Origin: Candidatus Cloacimonadota bacterium
GTDB taxonomy: Bacteria > Cloacimonadota > Cloacimonadia > Cloacimonadales > Cloacimonadaceae
Length of the DNA stretch: 54,547 bases
Reading direction: 5' to 3'
Assembly (NCBI GenBank): GCA_029565595.1
Contig: JAKQNV010000159.1
Location: 1 to 54,547, forward strand
The position numbers and the translations under genes are program-made. The notes under the pieces were generated by a model, which ran no database searches, had not been told where the DNA came from, and was given only the letters and a program-made list of their open reading frames with translations. Positions 38,730-48,463 of the stretch are shown in pieces; positions within the stretch are counted from its first letter, which is position 1; the number at the start of each line of letters is the position of its first letter.

Positions 38730-41594
38730 ATGCGCCGTATAGTCAATGTCACTTTCGCCGATGATCTGATCGAGGCCGCGCTTGGCGAGGCCAGCGACCC
38801 CTGTAAACTCATTTTCCCCACCGAGATCTCCGCCGCTCAGGCCAGACAGCGTTTTATGCCGGACTGGCGCTTGCAGGACTGCGAATTTCTCTCCATGAAA
38901 GAATTCAAAAACTCGCTGCTTTTACCGCCCGGACCCGTGGCCAGCGACGACCGGCGCCTGCTTTGCCTTTATCAGTCGCTTTCGGAGGAAGACCGCGAAT
39001 ATTTCCACAGCGGCGGCTATTTCGACATCGTGGAATGGGGCAACCACTTCTTCCAACTTTTCGAGGAACTGAGCGACGAATGCGTTGATCCGGACGCCTT
39101 GCGCGACACTGCCACCTCGTTCGGGCTGGTCCTGCTGGGCTGGCAGGAACAGTATCTGGACAGGATCCTGGACGTCCGCGCGCGCTACCGCGAAATTTTG
39201 GATCAGTCCGGGCTTTGTGACCCCATCTTCTCTCGCCGCATCGAAGCGTTTTTACCGCCAACAGGCCATTGCCGCTACATCTTCGTGAACCAATATTACT
39301 ACAGCAAACTGGAGAAAGAGCTGCTCACCGCCCTGGAAAAAGAGGGAAACGAGCTCGTCATCATCTTCCAGACCGACGGACAGGGATGTGGAACTGAGCA
39401 GCTGGAATCGCCCCAGGTCGCGCTGGAGAGGATCAATGCCCAGGACATCCGCACCAAAAAAGTGGAAGTGATCGAGCGCGAAAACGAAGACCAGATGGTA
39501 CTCACTTTTCTGGAATACCTCGTTCCGGCCAGCGAGGAAAGCGTCATCGTGGACAGCCAGTTCCACTCCAAACACTATCGAAGGCTGTTCAGTCCGGAGT
39601 ACTTTGCCGCCTCGCAGTCCCAAAGCATGGTGGAGACGGGCATCTACGCCTTCCTGCAGATCCTGTTTACCCAGCTCAAGGCTTTGGATGCCACGCAGGA
39701 AAAGATCTACGTCCCTTTGCGCCAGATCGTCGCCGCCTGCTGCCAACCGGGCTTTTTGCGGTATTACCGGCCGGATTGGGGCCGCAGGGAACGCTCAGAA
39801 CTGCTGGAGGAAGCCAGGCAACTCCTCAGCCAGGATATCCTCTATGTGGACAGCAGCCTGGAGCTTTTCCAGACCGTGGGCTTGAAGGGCATCTACGAGA
39901 GGCTGCCCGAACTTCTGAAATCCCATTTCGACCTGCTGGCCAAACTCGCCTCTGTCGGAACGCCGGCAGAACTGATCGGCCTCATCGACGCTCCCGGAGG
40001 CTTGTCCATCCAGGCCATGTGCGCAGAGCCGGAACTCCTTTACAGCGATGTGCTGGAGCGCTTTTATGAGCGCCTGGCCAATTTCGCCAGTTTGACCCAC
40101 ATCCCCGTGGTCAGCGATTGGCAGGGCCTGTTCGCCTCTGAAGGGATCGCCCTCGCCGCAAATATCCTGCAACTATTCCTGGAAGCCCTCACCAGCGCCG
40201 CCATCCGCTACAAAACCAGCCCCAGCCCGGAAGGCAAGCGCTTCGACATCAGCAACCTGCTGGATCTGCGCGACCTCAGTTACGACACAACGGTGTTCTT
40301 CCACGCCATCGAAGGCCAGTATCCTTCCAACCCCGCTCCAGCCTGGCTTTTCAACGAATACCAGCGGGGCAAGCTGGGCCTGAAAAACTACGCCGAACTG
40401 CGCGAGCGCGAACGCTACTACTTTTTCCGCCAGGTCTTCACCTCCCACAAAGTCTACCTCTTCACCTACCGGGACCAGGAGAAGGACATCGAACCCGGCT
40501 CCTTCGTCACGGAACTGCTGGCCGCGCTTGCCGGGGATAACTTGGCCGGGATCATGGCTCAATCCCAGGCCCCCACCCCCACCGTCCGCGATCTCTATCT
40601 CGCCCGGGCGCAAAACTGTTCTCCGGAACGTGGCATCTCTCCCGCTTCCGATCAATGCGCGAGTTTACAGGATCTGCGGGAGCGTCCCAATGAGTTTTTC
40701 GTCCTGCCGCCTAACCCGGAAGATGATCTGGGGCCGGAATGCCAGCTCGAGGCCTCCTATCAGAGCATCTCCCAACTGGACAAAAATCCCTTCGTCTGGT
40801 ATATCAAATACCACGGCAAACTGCAGCGGGTGGAACTCCGTCCCGAGGAAACCATTTCCCGCAAGCTCCACGGCGCCCTGCTACATGATTACATGGCCAG
40901 GGTGCTCACGCGATTGGCCGGAGAACACCGGCAAGTTTCCGAACTCGCCCCGGTCCTGGATTCGCAGATGATGCTCACCTCCGAACTTACGAAGCTGATC
41001 GGCGCCAGTTTGTATCACTTCAAATTGCCAAAGAACTACAACCATGAATTCCTGACCAGCGTCATCTTCGACCGCCTGGCAGGCTCCATGCGCGAGTTTT
41101 TCAAGGATTTCCTGGTCCCCCAGTTGCAGGATACATCTTTTGAACTCATCCCCGAAGATGCCGAACGGACAGCGTTTCGCGAACCGCACAAAGTATTGCT
41201 CACCCGCGAGGTCGACGGCGTTGAATACAAACTGGCCATCCGCGGCATTGCCGACCTGAGGATGGAATCCCCCCAACGCAACCTGATCGTGGATTTCAAG
41301 ACCGGCTCCCACGACGCGGACCAGTTGATGCTCTATGAGTTCTATTATTACCTGCTGAACGGCGAATACAACAACCAGGAACTGTTCTCCACCTTCTGGA
41401 TGATCCTGGATGAAAAACACGAGGAAACGACTTCTGAGGAAAAACGCGAAAAGTGGCGCGACCGCCTGGCCCAGGATCTGGTGGACGTGATAACCAAAGG
41501 CTACGGCCAGGGCAAAAACGTCCAAGCCCGCCAGGAACTGCGTGGGATAACGCGCGCCGACCTTTACCATCCTGCCGCGGGAGGTGCCCAATGA
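38730..41594 (+). CDS. addB: AddB/RexB-like protein with C-terminal PD-(D/E)XK nuclease domain
   Basis: GGAGG RBS before ATG 38730. Degenerate helicase-like region (ERYYF), then G.LLH, IRGIAD, IVDFKTG and QL..Y. ATGA-coupled to the downstream helicase. Confidence 0.75.
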   Translation: MRRIVNVTFADDLIEAALGEASDPCKLIFPTEISAAQARQRFMPDWRLQDCEFLSMKEFKNSLLLPPGPVASDDRRLLCLYQSLSEEDREYFHSGGYFDIVEWGNHFFQLFEELSDECVDPDALRDTATSFGLVLLGWQEQYLDRILDVRARYREILDQSGLCDPIFSRRIEAFLPPTGHCRYIFVNQYYYSKLEKELLTALEKEGNELVIIFQTDGQGCGTEQLESPQVALERINAQDIRTKKVEVIERENEDQMVLTFLEYLVPASEESVIVDSQFHSKHYRRLFSPEYFAASQSQSMVETGIYAFLQILFTQLKALDATQEKIYVPLRQIVAACCQPGFLRYYRPDWGRRERSELLEEARQLLSQDILYVDSSLELFQTVGLKGIYERLPELLKSHFDLLAKLASVGTPAELIGLIDAPGGLSIQAMCAEPELLYSDVLERFYERLANFASLTHIPVVSDWQGLFASEGIALAANILQLFLEALTSAAIRYKTSPSPEGKRFDISNLLDLRDLSYDTTVFFHAIEGQYPSNPAPAWLFNEYQRGKLGLKNYAELRERERYYFFRQVFTSHKVYLFTYRDQEKDIEPGSFVTELLAALAGDNLAGIMAQSQAPTPTVRDLYLARAQNCSPERGISPASDQCASLQDLRERPNEFFVLPPNPEDDLGPECQLEASYQSISQLDKNPFVWYIKYHGKLQRVELRPEETISRKLHGALLHDYMARVLTRLAGEHRQVSELAPVLDSQMMLTSELTKLIGASLYHFKLPKNYNHEFLTSVIFDRLAGSMREFFKDFLVPQLQDTSFELIPEDAERTAFREPHKVLLTREVDGVEYKLAIRGIADLRMESPQRNLIVDFKTGSHDADQLMLYEFYYYLLNGEYNNQELFSTFWMILDEKHEETTSEEKREKWRDRLAQDLVDVITKGYGQGKNVQARQELRGITRADLYHPAAGGAQ

Positions 41595-44500
41595 GCCGCC
41601 AACCGCTTGCCATCATCACCGCCAGCGCCGGCACCGGAAAGACCTACCGCCTGGCTTTGGAATACATCCGCATCCTGCTCGATAATTACCGCAAGGGAAC
41701 TGATTTCAGCCTGGACAATATCCTCGTGCTGACCTTCACGCGCAAGGCCACGGCGGAGATCCGCGAACGCGTCGAGCAGCATCTTGCCCTCCTGGTTTGC
41801 GTACCCCGGGATGACGATCAGAGGAAAGAAAAGCAAGCGCTGATCAGCTCCCTCTGGCCCCAAAAAGAGCCGCCGGCACTGGATATTGAAGACGAAGCGC
41901 GCCTGCTCAGCGCCCAACAGGAGATCGCCGCTGACCGCAAAAAACTGCAGGTGATGACCATCGACGCCTATATCGGCGCCATTTTCCGCAACATCGTGCG
42001 TCCCCTGCGCAGCATCGAAAATTTCGACATCGACGAACAGGCCGTGGAAAAACGCCTTCCCCTGCTCTTCGAACACCTCATGGGCTCCGAACTCAAGCCC
42101 AAACTGGAAAACCTGCTGCGCCGCAAGGTCAGCCCATCATTGGACGAATACCGTAAATTCTTCGCCTCGATGATCAACAACCGCTGGCTTTATTACCAGA
42201 TCACCGAACAGGGCGAGCCTCAATCGACGGAAACCCTCAGTTACCAATTCCTGCACGCCGGTCCGGAAACACAGGAATCGCTCAGAAAGGCGTTCCTAGC
42301 TATCCTGCGCGAGTTCGTCGGCTTTCTAGCCGCCAATTTCGCCGCCCAAAAGCCGGAGGAAATGTTCAATTCCGAACTGAAGAAACTGACTGCCAGATTC
42401 CCCGAGGAATACGACGCTGTCCTTGACTGGCTGGAACGACTCTGCTCCACCCCGCAAGGCTGCCACCGTCTCTACAAGGTCGTCGCGGGCCAGCTCAAGA
42501 AAAACAGCAATGTCTACAACGGCGCCAAACTGACCAAGAAGATCCATCAAGAACTCAAAGCCCGGCTGAATCTCCTGCAAACCCAGCTCCTGTCCGGCCT
42601 CGCTGATCATCTCGTCCACGCGCTGTTCCTGCCCGAGCAGAGGGAGATCCTGGACATCTGGAAAGCCGTCCTCGACCGCTACGACGAACTGATCTACAAA
42701 TACAAAAACCTCACCTACAACGACATCGCCTGGTACACCCTGGAAGCGCTCTTCAAGGGCGAAAATCCCCAGTTCCAACTTACTGACAAAAACATCGCCA
42801 ACGAGTTTTACCTCTTCCTCTCGCATCGCAGCCGTTTCATCCTGATCGACGAATTCCAGGACACCTCGCTGCTGCAATTCAACATCCTGCGGCCCATCAT
42901 CGAGGAAGTAACCTCCGGCGAGGGTAGCAGGGACTTTTCCGGCTTGGTGGTCGTGGGCGACGAGAAGCAATCCATCTTTGGCTGGCGCGGCGGGGAAAGG
43001 GATCTGCTCCTCAACCTGCCCCAGATCATTCCCGCTTTGCATGGCGTGAAACCCGAACCTCTGGACAGATCCTACCGCAGCAGCGCTTCCATGCTGCGTT
43101 TCATCAATTCCGTCTTTGGTTTTAAGCCTATCCATGATCATCTCCGGGAGCGCGGTCTCAATTGGGAATATAAGCCTTGCCAGAGCGAGGTGCACCACCC
43201 CGACTACCCTACGAAACTCGAATACAGCGCCGTGCCCTACACCATCTACAACGACAAGGGGCAGCGGCTCGAGGAGGTCATGCGGGATTTTGTGACCCAT
43301 TCCCTCGTCCCGGAAATCCGGAGCCATCCGGAGCAGGAAATGGCCGTTCTCTGCCGCAAGGGCCGGGAACTGGAATTGCTGCAGCAGCTCATCGAGGAAG
43401 CCGGCCAAGCTGGGATATTCCAGCCTTCCAGTATTTTGCCCGACCATCCCTGGATCTCGCCGCTGCTGGCCTGGCTGCGCTATCTGGCTTTTGGCGATCC
43501 TTTGGATTTTCTGGAGGTGCTGCGCTCCAATTACATCATGCTCAAGGCCGCGCCGCTGAAAAAAGTGGTGGATCTCATCGCCCGGGCCAGGGAACTCGAG
43601 CGCGATCCCGATTTCTCGGAAGTTCCGGTGGCGGCTGAGTTGCAGGCTCTGGCGCTGGATTCCGCGGGTCCGCTTTCGGAGATTTGCCAGCGCTTCCTCG
43701 ATCTCCACCTGCGGAATGTGGAGCCCTCCGAGCGCGATTTCCTCAACATCCATGCCTTCCTCTCCCTCTTGCGGAATTTCGAGCTGTCCAGAAGCGAGCG
43801 CGACAAGTCCATCCCCGCTTTCCTGGATTACCTGGACGCGAACCGGGCGCAGGAATTCCTCAAACAGGTCGCCGTCAAAGGTAAAAAGCCCCTCCAGCTG
43901 CTCACGATCCACAAGGCCAAGGGACTGCAGTTCGACCGCGTCTTCGTCTTTTACAACCTAAGCGGACGCAAGGGCTTCGAGGGCAAAAACCTCAGCTGGT
44001 ATCTGCGCGAACCTTCCCCCGACTTCAAGACCTACGCGGATTACGCCCTCACCTACCATTATGACGACATCCTGGCCAACTCTAGCTACCAAAACATCGT
44101 GGACTGGACCGAAAAACGCGCGCTGCTGGAGGAATTGAACACCCTTTACGTGGCCTTCACCCGCGCCAAGACCTCCCTGCATGTCTGCATGGCCTATCAG
44201 GGCAGCGGCGATTACGAGGCCTACCGTGCCAATCGCAAGCCCGACCAGATGAAACTTCCCACCTTGATCGCCGACGCCGCGCGGGCTTCCTTGCAAGAAA
44301 TGGGCGCTGAAGAGGACGGACAGCGCCGCTTCGTCTATGCAGAGCCGGCATATCTGGTCCGGGGAAACAAACCCAGCGACGCGATCCCGGTTCCGCCTGC
44401 CTCCACCAAAATTGCTGCATTCCTTCCCTGCCAGCCTCAGGTTCCGGGCTCCGGCTTGATACCCAACCCCACCGGAGCCAAAAACTGGAAAAAGATCTGG

Positions 44501-44929
44501 CTGGAAGACCGCCGTAACCTCATCGGCGACCTCATCCACCACTATCTGAGCTTCGTAAAGTGGGATAAGAGTGAGGAACACGAACGCGCCGGACGCGAAT
44601 GCCTGGCCCGCTTCGGAAGCCTCTTCACACAAAGCGAGATCGCGGAAAAACTGGATGCCCTGCGCCGCGCTTTGCCCCGGGAGAAGATCTTCCTGCCCGG
44701 CTACGACAAGGTTTTCACGGAATTCACCCTCTACGGCGGCGGAAGCCCATTACGCCTCGACCGCCTGATGCTGGACACTAAAAACAAACAGGCCCTCATC
44801 TTGGATTACAAGACCGGCGGACAGGACCAGGCCCAACTGGATACCTATAAAAAGGCCCTGGAAAGCCTGCCAGCCATCCGCGAGGGAGGCTACAACGTCA
44901 GCACCGCATTTGTTGATATCCGGCTCTGA
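41591..44929 (+). CDS. addA: AddA/RecB-like UvrD helicase-nuclease
   Basis: ASAGTGKT, LTFTRKAT.E, TIDAY, LIDEFQDTS, VGDEKQSIFGWRG, YRS, TIHKAKGLQF, LYVAFTRA, and nuclease motif LDRL...DYKTG. Confidence 0.88.
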   Translation: MSRQPLAIITASAGTGKTYRLALEYIRILLDNYRKGTDFSLDNILVLTFTRKATAEIRERVEQHLALLVCVPRDDDQRKEKQALISSLWPQKEPPALDIEDEARLLSAQQEIAADRKKLQVMTIDAYIGAIFRNIVRPLRSIENFDIDEQAVEKRLPLLFEHLMGSELKPKLENLLRRKVSPSLDEYRKFFASMINNRWLYYQITEQGEPQSTETLSYQFLHAGPETQESLRKAFLAILREFVGFLAANFAAQKPEEMFNSELKKLTARFPEEYDAVLDWLERLCSTPQGCHRLYKVVAGQLKKNSNVYNGAKLTKKIHQELKARLNLLQTQLLSGLADHLVHALFLPEQREILDIWKAVLDRYDELIYKYKNLTYNDIAWYTLEALFKGENPQFQLTDKNIANEFYLFLSHRSRFILIDEFQDTSLLQFNILRPIIEEVTSGEGSRDFSGLVVVGDEKQSIFGWRGGERDLLLNLPQIIPALHGVKPEPLDRSYRSSASMLRFINSVFGFKPIHDHLRERGLNWEYKPCQSEVHHPDYPTKLEYSAVPYTIYNDKGQRLEEVMRDFVTHSLVPEIRSHPEQEMAVLCRKGRELELLQQLIEEAGQAGIFQPSSILPDHPWISPLLAWLRYLAFGDPLDFLEVLRSNYIMLKAAPLKKVVDLIARARELERDPDFSEVPVAAELQALALDSAGPLSEICQRFLDLHLRNVEPSERDFLNIHAFLSLLRNFELSRSERDKSIPAFLDYLDANRAQEFLKQVAVKGKKPLQLLTIHKAKGLQFDRVFVFYNLSGRKGFEGKNLSWYLREPSPDFKTYADYALTYHYDDILANSSYQNIVDWTEKRALLEELNTLYVAFTRAKTSLHVCMAYQGSGDYEAYRANRKPDQMKLPTLIADAARASLQEMGAEEDGQRRFVYAEPAYLVRGNKPSDAIPVPPASTKIAAFLPCQPQVPGSGLIPNPTGAKNWKKIWLEDRRNLIGDLIHHYLSFVKWDKSEEHERAGRECLARFGSLFTQSEIAEKLDALRRALPREKIFLPGYDKVFTEFTLYGGGSPLRLDRLMLDTKNKQALILDYKTGGQDQAQLDTYKKALESLPAIREGGYNVSTAFVDIRL

Positions 44930-44962
44930 GGCCATTTCAGGCTGAAAAAATGCGCATATTAA

Positions 44963-45096
44963 GGAACACCAGATTCATCTGGTCGGACCGCCGGATTCAT
45001 CCTGCTAAAAGATGCAAATTGATATACCCTTGCGGGTTGTGGATGCTGAAAAAACCAGATAAATCTGGAGGACCGACCTGTTGAAACCGGTGTTCC
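44963..45096. repeat. Cluster of short REP-like palindromes bounded by a 10-bp inverted repeat
   Basis: CCAGATTCATCTGG (44969-82), CCGGATTCATCCTG (44991-45004) and CCAGATAAATCTGG (45055-68); outer GGAACACCAG/CCGGTGTTCC. Confidence 0.55.
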
Positions 45097-45357
45097 GCTT
45101 ACTGCCTGTCTCAGGCTGGAACGATAAAAAGCATCTTCCCGCCCTCTCCACTCCAAAAACATTATGTGTATGACAGACAAAGAAATAACCCACATTCGCT
45201 ACTTTACTCCTGCTTATACTCTGGAGATAGTCCCGAGGGGCTAGGCAGGGCGTTGATGAGTCGAGCGAACCTGCGAGCGTCAACTCGAGCAAGTTCGTGC
45301 AAGCGTGAAAGAGTGTAACAAAGGCCTCGTATCCTGGTATAGCTGGTTACTTTCTTT

Positions 45358-45428
45358 CTCTGTGTCTTAGTGTCTCTGTGCCTCTGTGTTTATATCACCA
45401 GGTTCGTAAAATTCGTGTAATTTGTGGT
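45358..45428. repeat. Two short-period tandem repeats (4x8 bp and 3x9 bp)
   Basis: CTCTGTGT-CTTAGTGT-CTCTGTGC-CTCTGTGT (45358-89) and GTTCGTAAA-ATTCGTGTA-ATTTGTGGT (45402-28). Confidence 0.7.
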
Positions 45429-45534
45429 CCGGGAGTTAAGCTCCGGCAGCGCAGAACCGAAAAAGCCTTGACAAGTTCGGAAACGGGAATTGTCAGGTAA
45501 ATATGGGTATAGATGCAAAATTGATGCGAATAAG

Positions 45535-46335
45535 ATGAATTCCCCGATAGCAAAATACATCGCCGCCGCCGTCCTGGCCCTCTGCCTCTGGCTGGGAGGG
45601 ACGGAGCTGCGCGCGGAAGAGGGAGATTATTACCGGGCTTACCTGATTTCGTATCCGGAAACGGTGGTTGCCGCCGTGAAAGAACCTTTCCAGTGGCAAA
45701 CGGACGACTGGCTCAAATCCGGCGGGATATTGGCTGCGGGCGGGGCTTTGTACCTGTTCGACGAGAAAATCAACGAAATTGTACAGCGCAATAAAAGCCC
45801 GTTCACAGGCGTTTTGGCGGAGGTGGGAAACACGTTGGGCGACGGAAAATACACCATTCCGGCGATCGCGGTCACGGGCCTGGGAGGCTATATCTTCGAC
45901 GACAAACGTCTGGAAGACACCGCCTGGTTGAGCCTGAAAAGCGTTATGCTGTCGGGAGCGGCGACCTCCGCGCTGAAACTTGCCACCCAACGCCAACGGC
46001 CCCAATCCGGGAACGGCAAAGAGTTTTGGAACGGCAGCGGATTCAGCTGGCACCGCGATTCGTTCCCCTCCGGCCACACCACTAACGTCTGGGCGGTCGC
46101 CACGATCGTCGCGGAGCAGTATAAAAGCACGAAATGGGTGCCATCGGCGGCTTACGGACTCGCGCTGCTTACTCCCTACGCTCGTATGCATGACCGGAAA
46201 CACTGGTCCAGCGACGTTTTCGCCGGCGCGCTGATCGGCTATCTATCCGCCCGACTGACGCTGAAAACCACTCCCCGGCTGGAAGTATTACCCAATCCGG
46301 AGCTGGGCGGTGTTTGGATCAATTACAGTTTCTAA
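45535..46335 (+). CDS. PAP2 family phosphatase
   Basis: Motif 1 K.....RP (KLATQRQRP), motif 2 SFPSGH, motif 3 ARM....HW.SD. Signal-like N-terminus. Confidence 0.87.
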   Translation: MNSPIAKYIAAAVLALCLWLGGTELRAEEGDYYRAYLISYPETVVAAVKEPFQWQTDDWLKSGGILAAGGALYLFDEKINEIVQRNKSPFTGVLAEVGNTLGDGKYTIPAIAVTGLGGYIFDDKRLEDTAWLSLKSVMLSGAATSALKLATQRQRPQSGNGKEFWNGSGFSWHRDSFPSGHTTNVWAVATIVAEQYKSTKWVPSAAYGLALLTPYARMHDRKHWSSDVFAGALIGYLSARLTLKTTPRLEVLPNPELGGVWINYSF

Positions 46336-46343
46336 GCGGATTT

Positions 46344-46970
46344 TTAGGGCAGCTGTAGCAGTTTGTGCAACTGGAGCTGCATGCGCGCTTTCACGCCGTC
46401 CTCGAGCATCCAGGCGGCCAGGGTTTCCGGCGGCAGGACGCTGGTCACGGGGGAAAAATGGATCGTGTAGCCCTCCAGGGCGTTCGCCTTGATGAAATCC
46501 AGCGCGTAGCGGTAATCGGGATGGTTAGTGAGGACGAATTTCAGTTCGTCGCGGGGACGCAGCAGCTTGAGGTTCCACTTCATGAAACTATCCGGGCAGC
46601 CGCTGCCGGGGCATTTCACATCCACGATCCGGACCACGTAATCCGGCACATCCCCGATGTAGAGCGAGCCGTTGGTTTCCAGCAGGATTTCGTATCCGCG
46701 GTCATAAAGGGCGGAGAAAAGGTCTGCCACTTCGTCCTGGAGCAAAGGTTCACCGCCGGTGATTTCGACCAGTTTGGCGGGGTATTTTTGCACTTCAGCC
46801 AGGATTTCCGAGACCGCCATTTCTTTGCCCGGAGCCCAGGCGTAGGAAGTATCGCAGTAGGAACAGCGCAGATTGCACTGGCTGAGGCGGACAAAAACGC
46901 AGGGCCGGCCGGCGAAAGAGGACTCCCCCTGCAGGGAATAGAAGATCCGGTTGACCTCGAGAGCGCTCAC
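46344..46970 (-). CDS. queE: 7-carboxy-7-deazaguanine synthase (radical SAM)
   Basis: IFYSLQGE...G.P.VFVRL..CNLRCSYCDT, ITGGEPL, ETNG, DVKCPGS, ELKFV and QLHK. Confidence 0.9.
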   Translation of the reverse strand: MSALEVNRIFYSLQGESSFAGRPCVFVRLSQCNLRCSYCDTSYAWAPGKEMAVSEILAEVQKYPAKLVEITGGEPLLQDEVADLFSALYDRGYEILLETNGSLYIGDVPDYVVRIVDVKCPGSGCPDSFMKWNLKLLRPRDELKFVLTNHPDYRYALDFIKANALEGYTIHFSPVTSVLPPETLAAWMLEDGVKARMQLQLHKLLQLP

Positions 46971-48157
46971 GCCCGCAGTTCTTTGGCCCGTTTGGTCAGC
47001 AGCGGAACTATCTCAAAGAGGTCGCCGACGATGCCCAGATCCGCCACTTTGAAGATCGGGGCGTCGGGATCCTTGTTGATGGCGATGATGTAATCGGCGG
47101 AGGACATCCCGGCCAGGTGCTGGATCGCGCCGGAGATGCCGATCGCAATGTAGATGTTGGGCTTGACGGTCTTGCCTGTCTGGCCGACCTGGTGGGAATA
47201 GGGGATCCACTCCGCGTCCACAGCAGCGCGCGAGGCGCCCACCGCTCCGCCCAGGGCTTCGGCCAGTTCTTCCAGCAGAGCAAAGTTCTTCGCTTCCTTG
47301 AGGCCGCGCCCGCCGGACACTATGACATTGGCTTCGGTGATGTTGACGAGGGTGGTCTTTTCCTGCTCAAAACCCAGAAACTGGCTCTCCTCCTCGTCAA
47401 AATCGAAATCCACCTGTTCGCGGATGACGATACCGCTGCGGGAGTCGTCGCGGGGAAGGGGATCCATGACCTTGTGCCGCACCGTCGCCATCTGGGGCCG
47501 GTGGTTGGCAGTGATGATGCGGGCCATGATGTTGCCGCCGAAAGCGGGGCGGGTCTGGATCAGGTTTCCGGATTCGGGATCGATCTCCAGGCCGGTGCAG
47601 TCGGCCGTCAGCCCGGTATGCAATTGTATCGCCACGCGGGGGATGAAGGATCTGCCGGTGACGGTGGCTCCCGCGAGGATGACGGCTGGTTTGTATTTTT
47701 GGGCGAGTTCCGTGAGCGCTTTGGCATAGCGGACATCGCGAAAATGCAGCAATTCGGGGTCATCGACGACGATCACCTGGTCTGCACCGAAAGCGATGAG
47801 TTCCGAGGCCAGATCCTCAACACCGGAGCCGAAAAGCACTGCGCTGAGTTCGGCCTCCAGTTGGTCCGCCAGTTCCCGGGCCTTGCCCAAAAGCTCGAAC
47901 ACGACGGGCGCGATGGTTCCTTCCTTCTGCTCGGCGAAAACCCAGACGCCCTGAAATTCGCTTTTATTGATCTGCTCAGAGGCCAGTTTCCGGATGACGA
48001 TCGCCTCGAAGGGACAGGCCTGGACGCAGGCTCCGCAGAGGGTGCATTTTTCGGTGTCGATGACGGCCAGCTTGCCCTCCAGCCGGATGGCATCGTAAGC
48101 ACAGGCGCGGATACAAGCTCCGCAACCCACGCAATTTTGGTCGATGATCTCAATCAT
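46967..48157 (-). CDS. etfA: Electron transfer flavoprotein alpha subunit with an N-terminal 2x[4Fe-4S] ferredoxin domain
   Basis: CVGCGACIRAC and CTLCGACVQACP, then GLTADCT, TRPAFGGN, VSGGRG, GASRA and QVGQTG...GISGAIQH.AGM. Confidence 0.93.
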   Translation of the reverse strand: MIEIIDQNCVGCGACIRACAYDAIRLEGKLAVIDTEKCTLCGACVQACPFEAIVIRKLASEQINKSEFQGVWVFAEQKEGTIAPVVFELLGKARELADQLEAELSAVLFGSGVEDLASELIAFGADQVIVVDDPELLHFRDVRYAKALTELAQKYKPAVILAGATVTGRSFIPRVAIQLHTGLTADCTGLEIDPESGNLIQTRPAFGGNIMARIITANHRPQMATVRHKVMDPLPRDDSRSGIVIREQVDFDFDEEESQFLGFEQEKTTLVNITEANVIVSGGRGLKEAKNFALLEELAEALGGAVGASRAAVDAEWIPYSHQVGQTGKTVKPNIYIAIGISGAIQHLAGMSSADYIIAINKDPDAPIFKVADLGIVGDLFEIVPLLTKRAKELRA

Positions 48158-48463
48158 GTGGCATACTCCTGATGGGAAAACCTTTCGGAGGCAGGTCTTT
48201 TGTCAAGGCGATTTTTCCCCTGGCCAGCGCGGATAGAGAATTCCTCGACGGAAAGGCGTTTCAGGTTGTTGCCTTGAATACTGAAATATATAGCTTGACA
48301 TAGTGATTATTGATTCAGATTCTGGCATAGTAATAAAATATATAGAGTGTCTTGATCTTGTGAATGCAAACAGATTGCCGCGGAACTGCGCTGGACCGGT
48401 ATCCTGCCTCGGTGAGGGACCTTGGCAATCGATAGGTTTCAAACAAAAGCACTGGAGGTGCCC

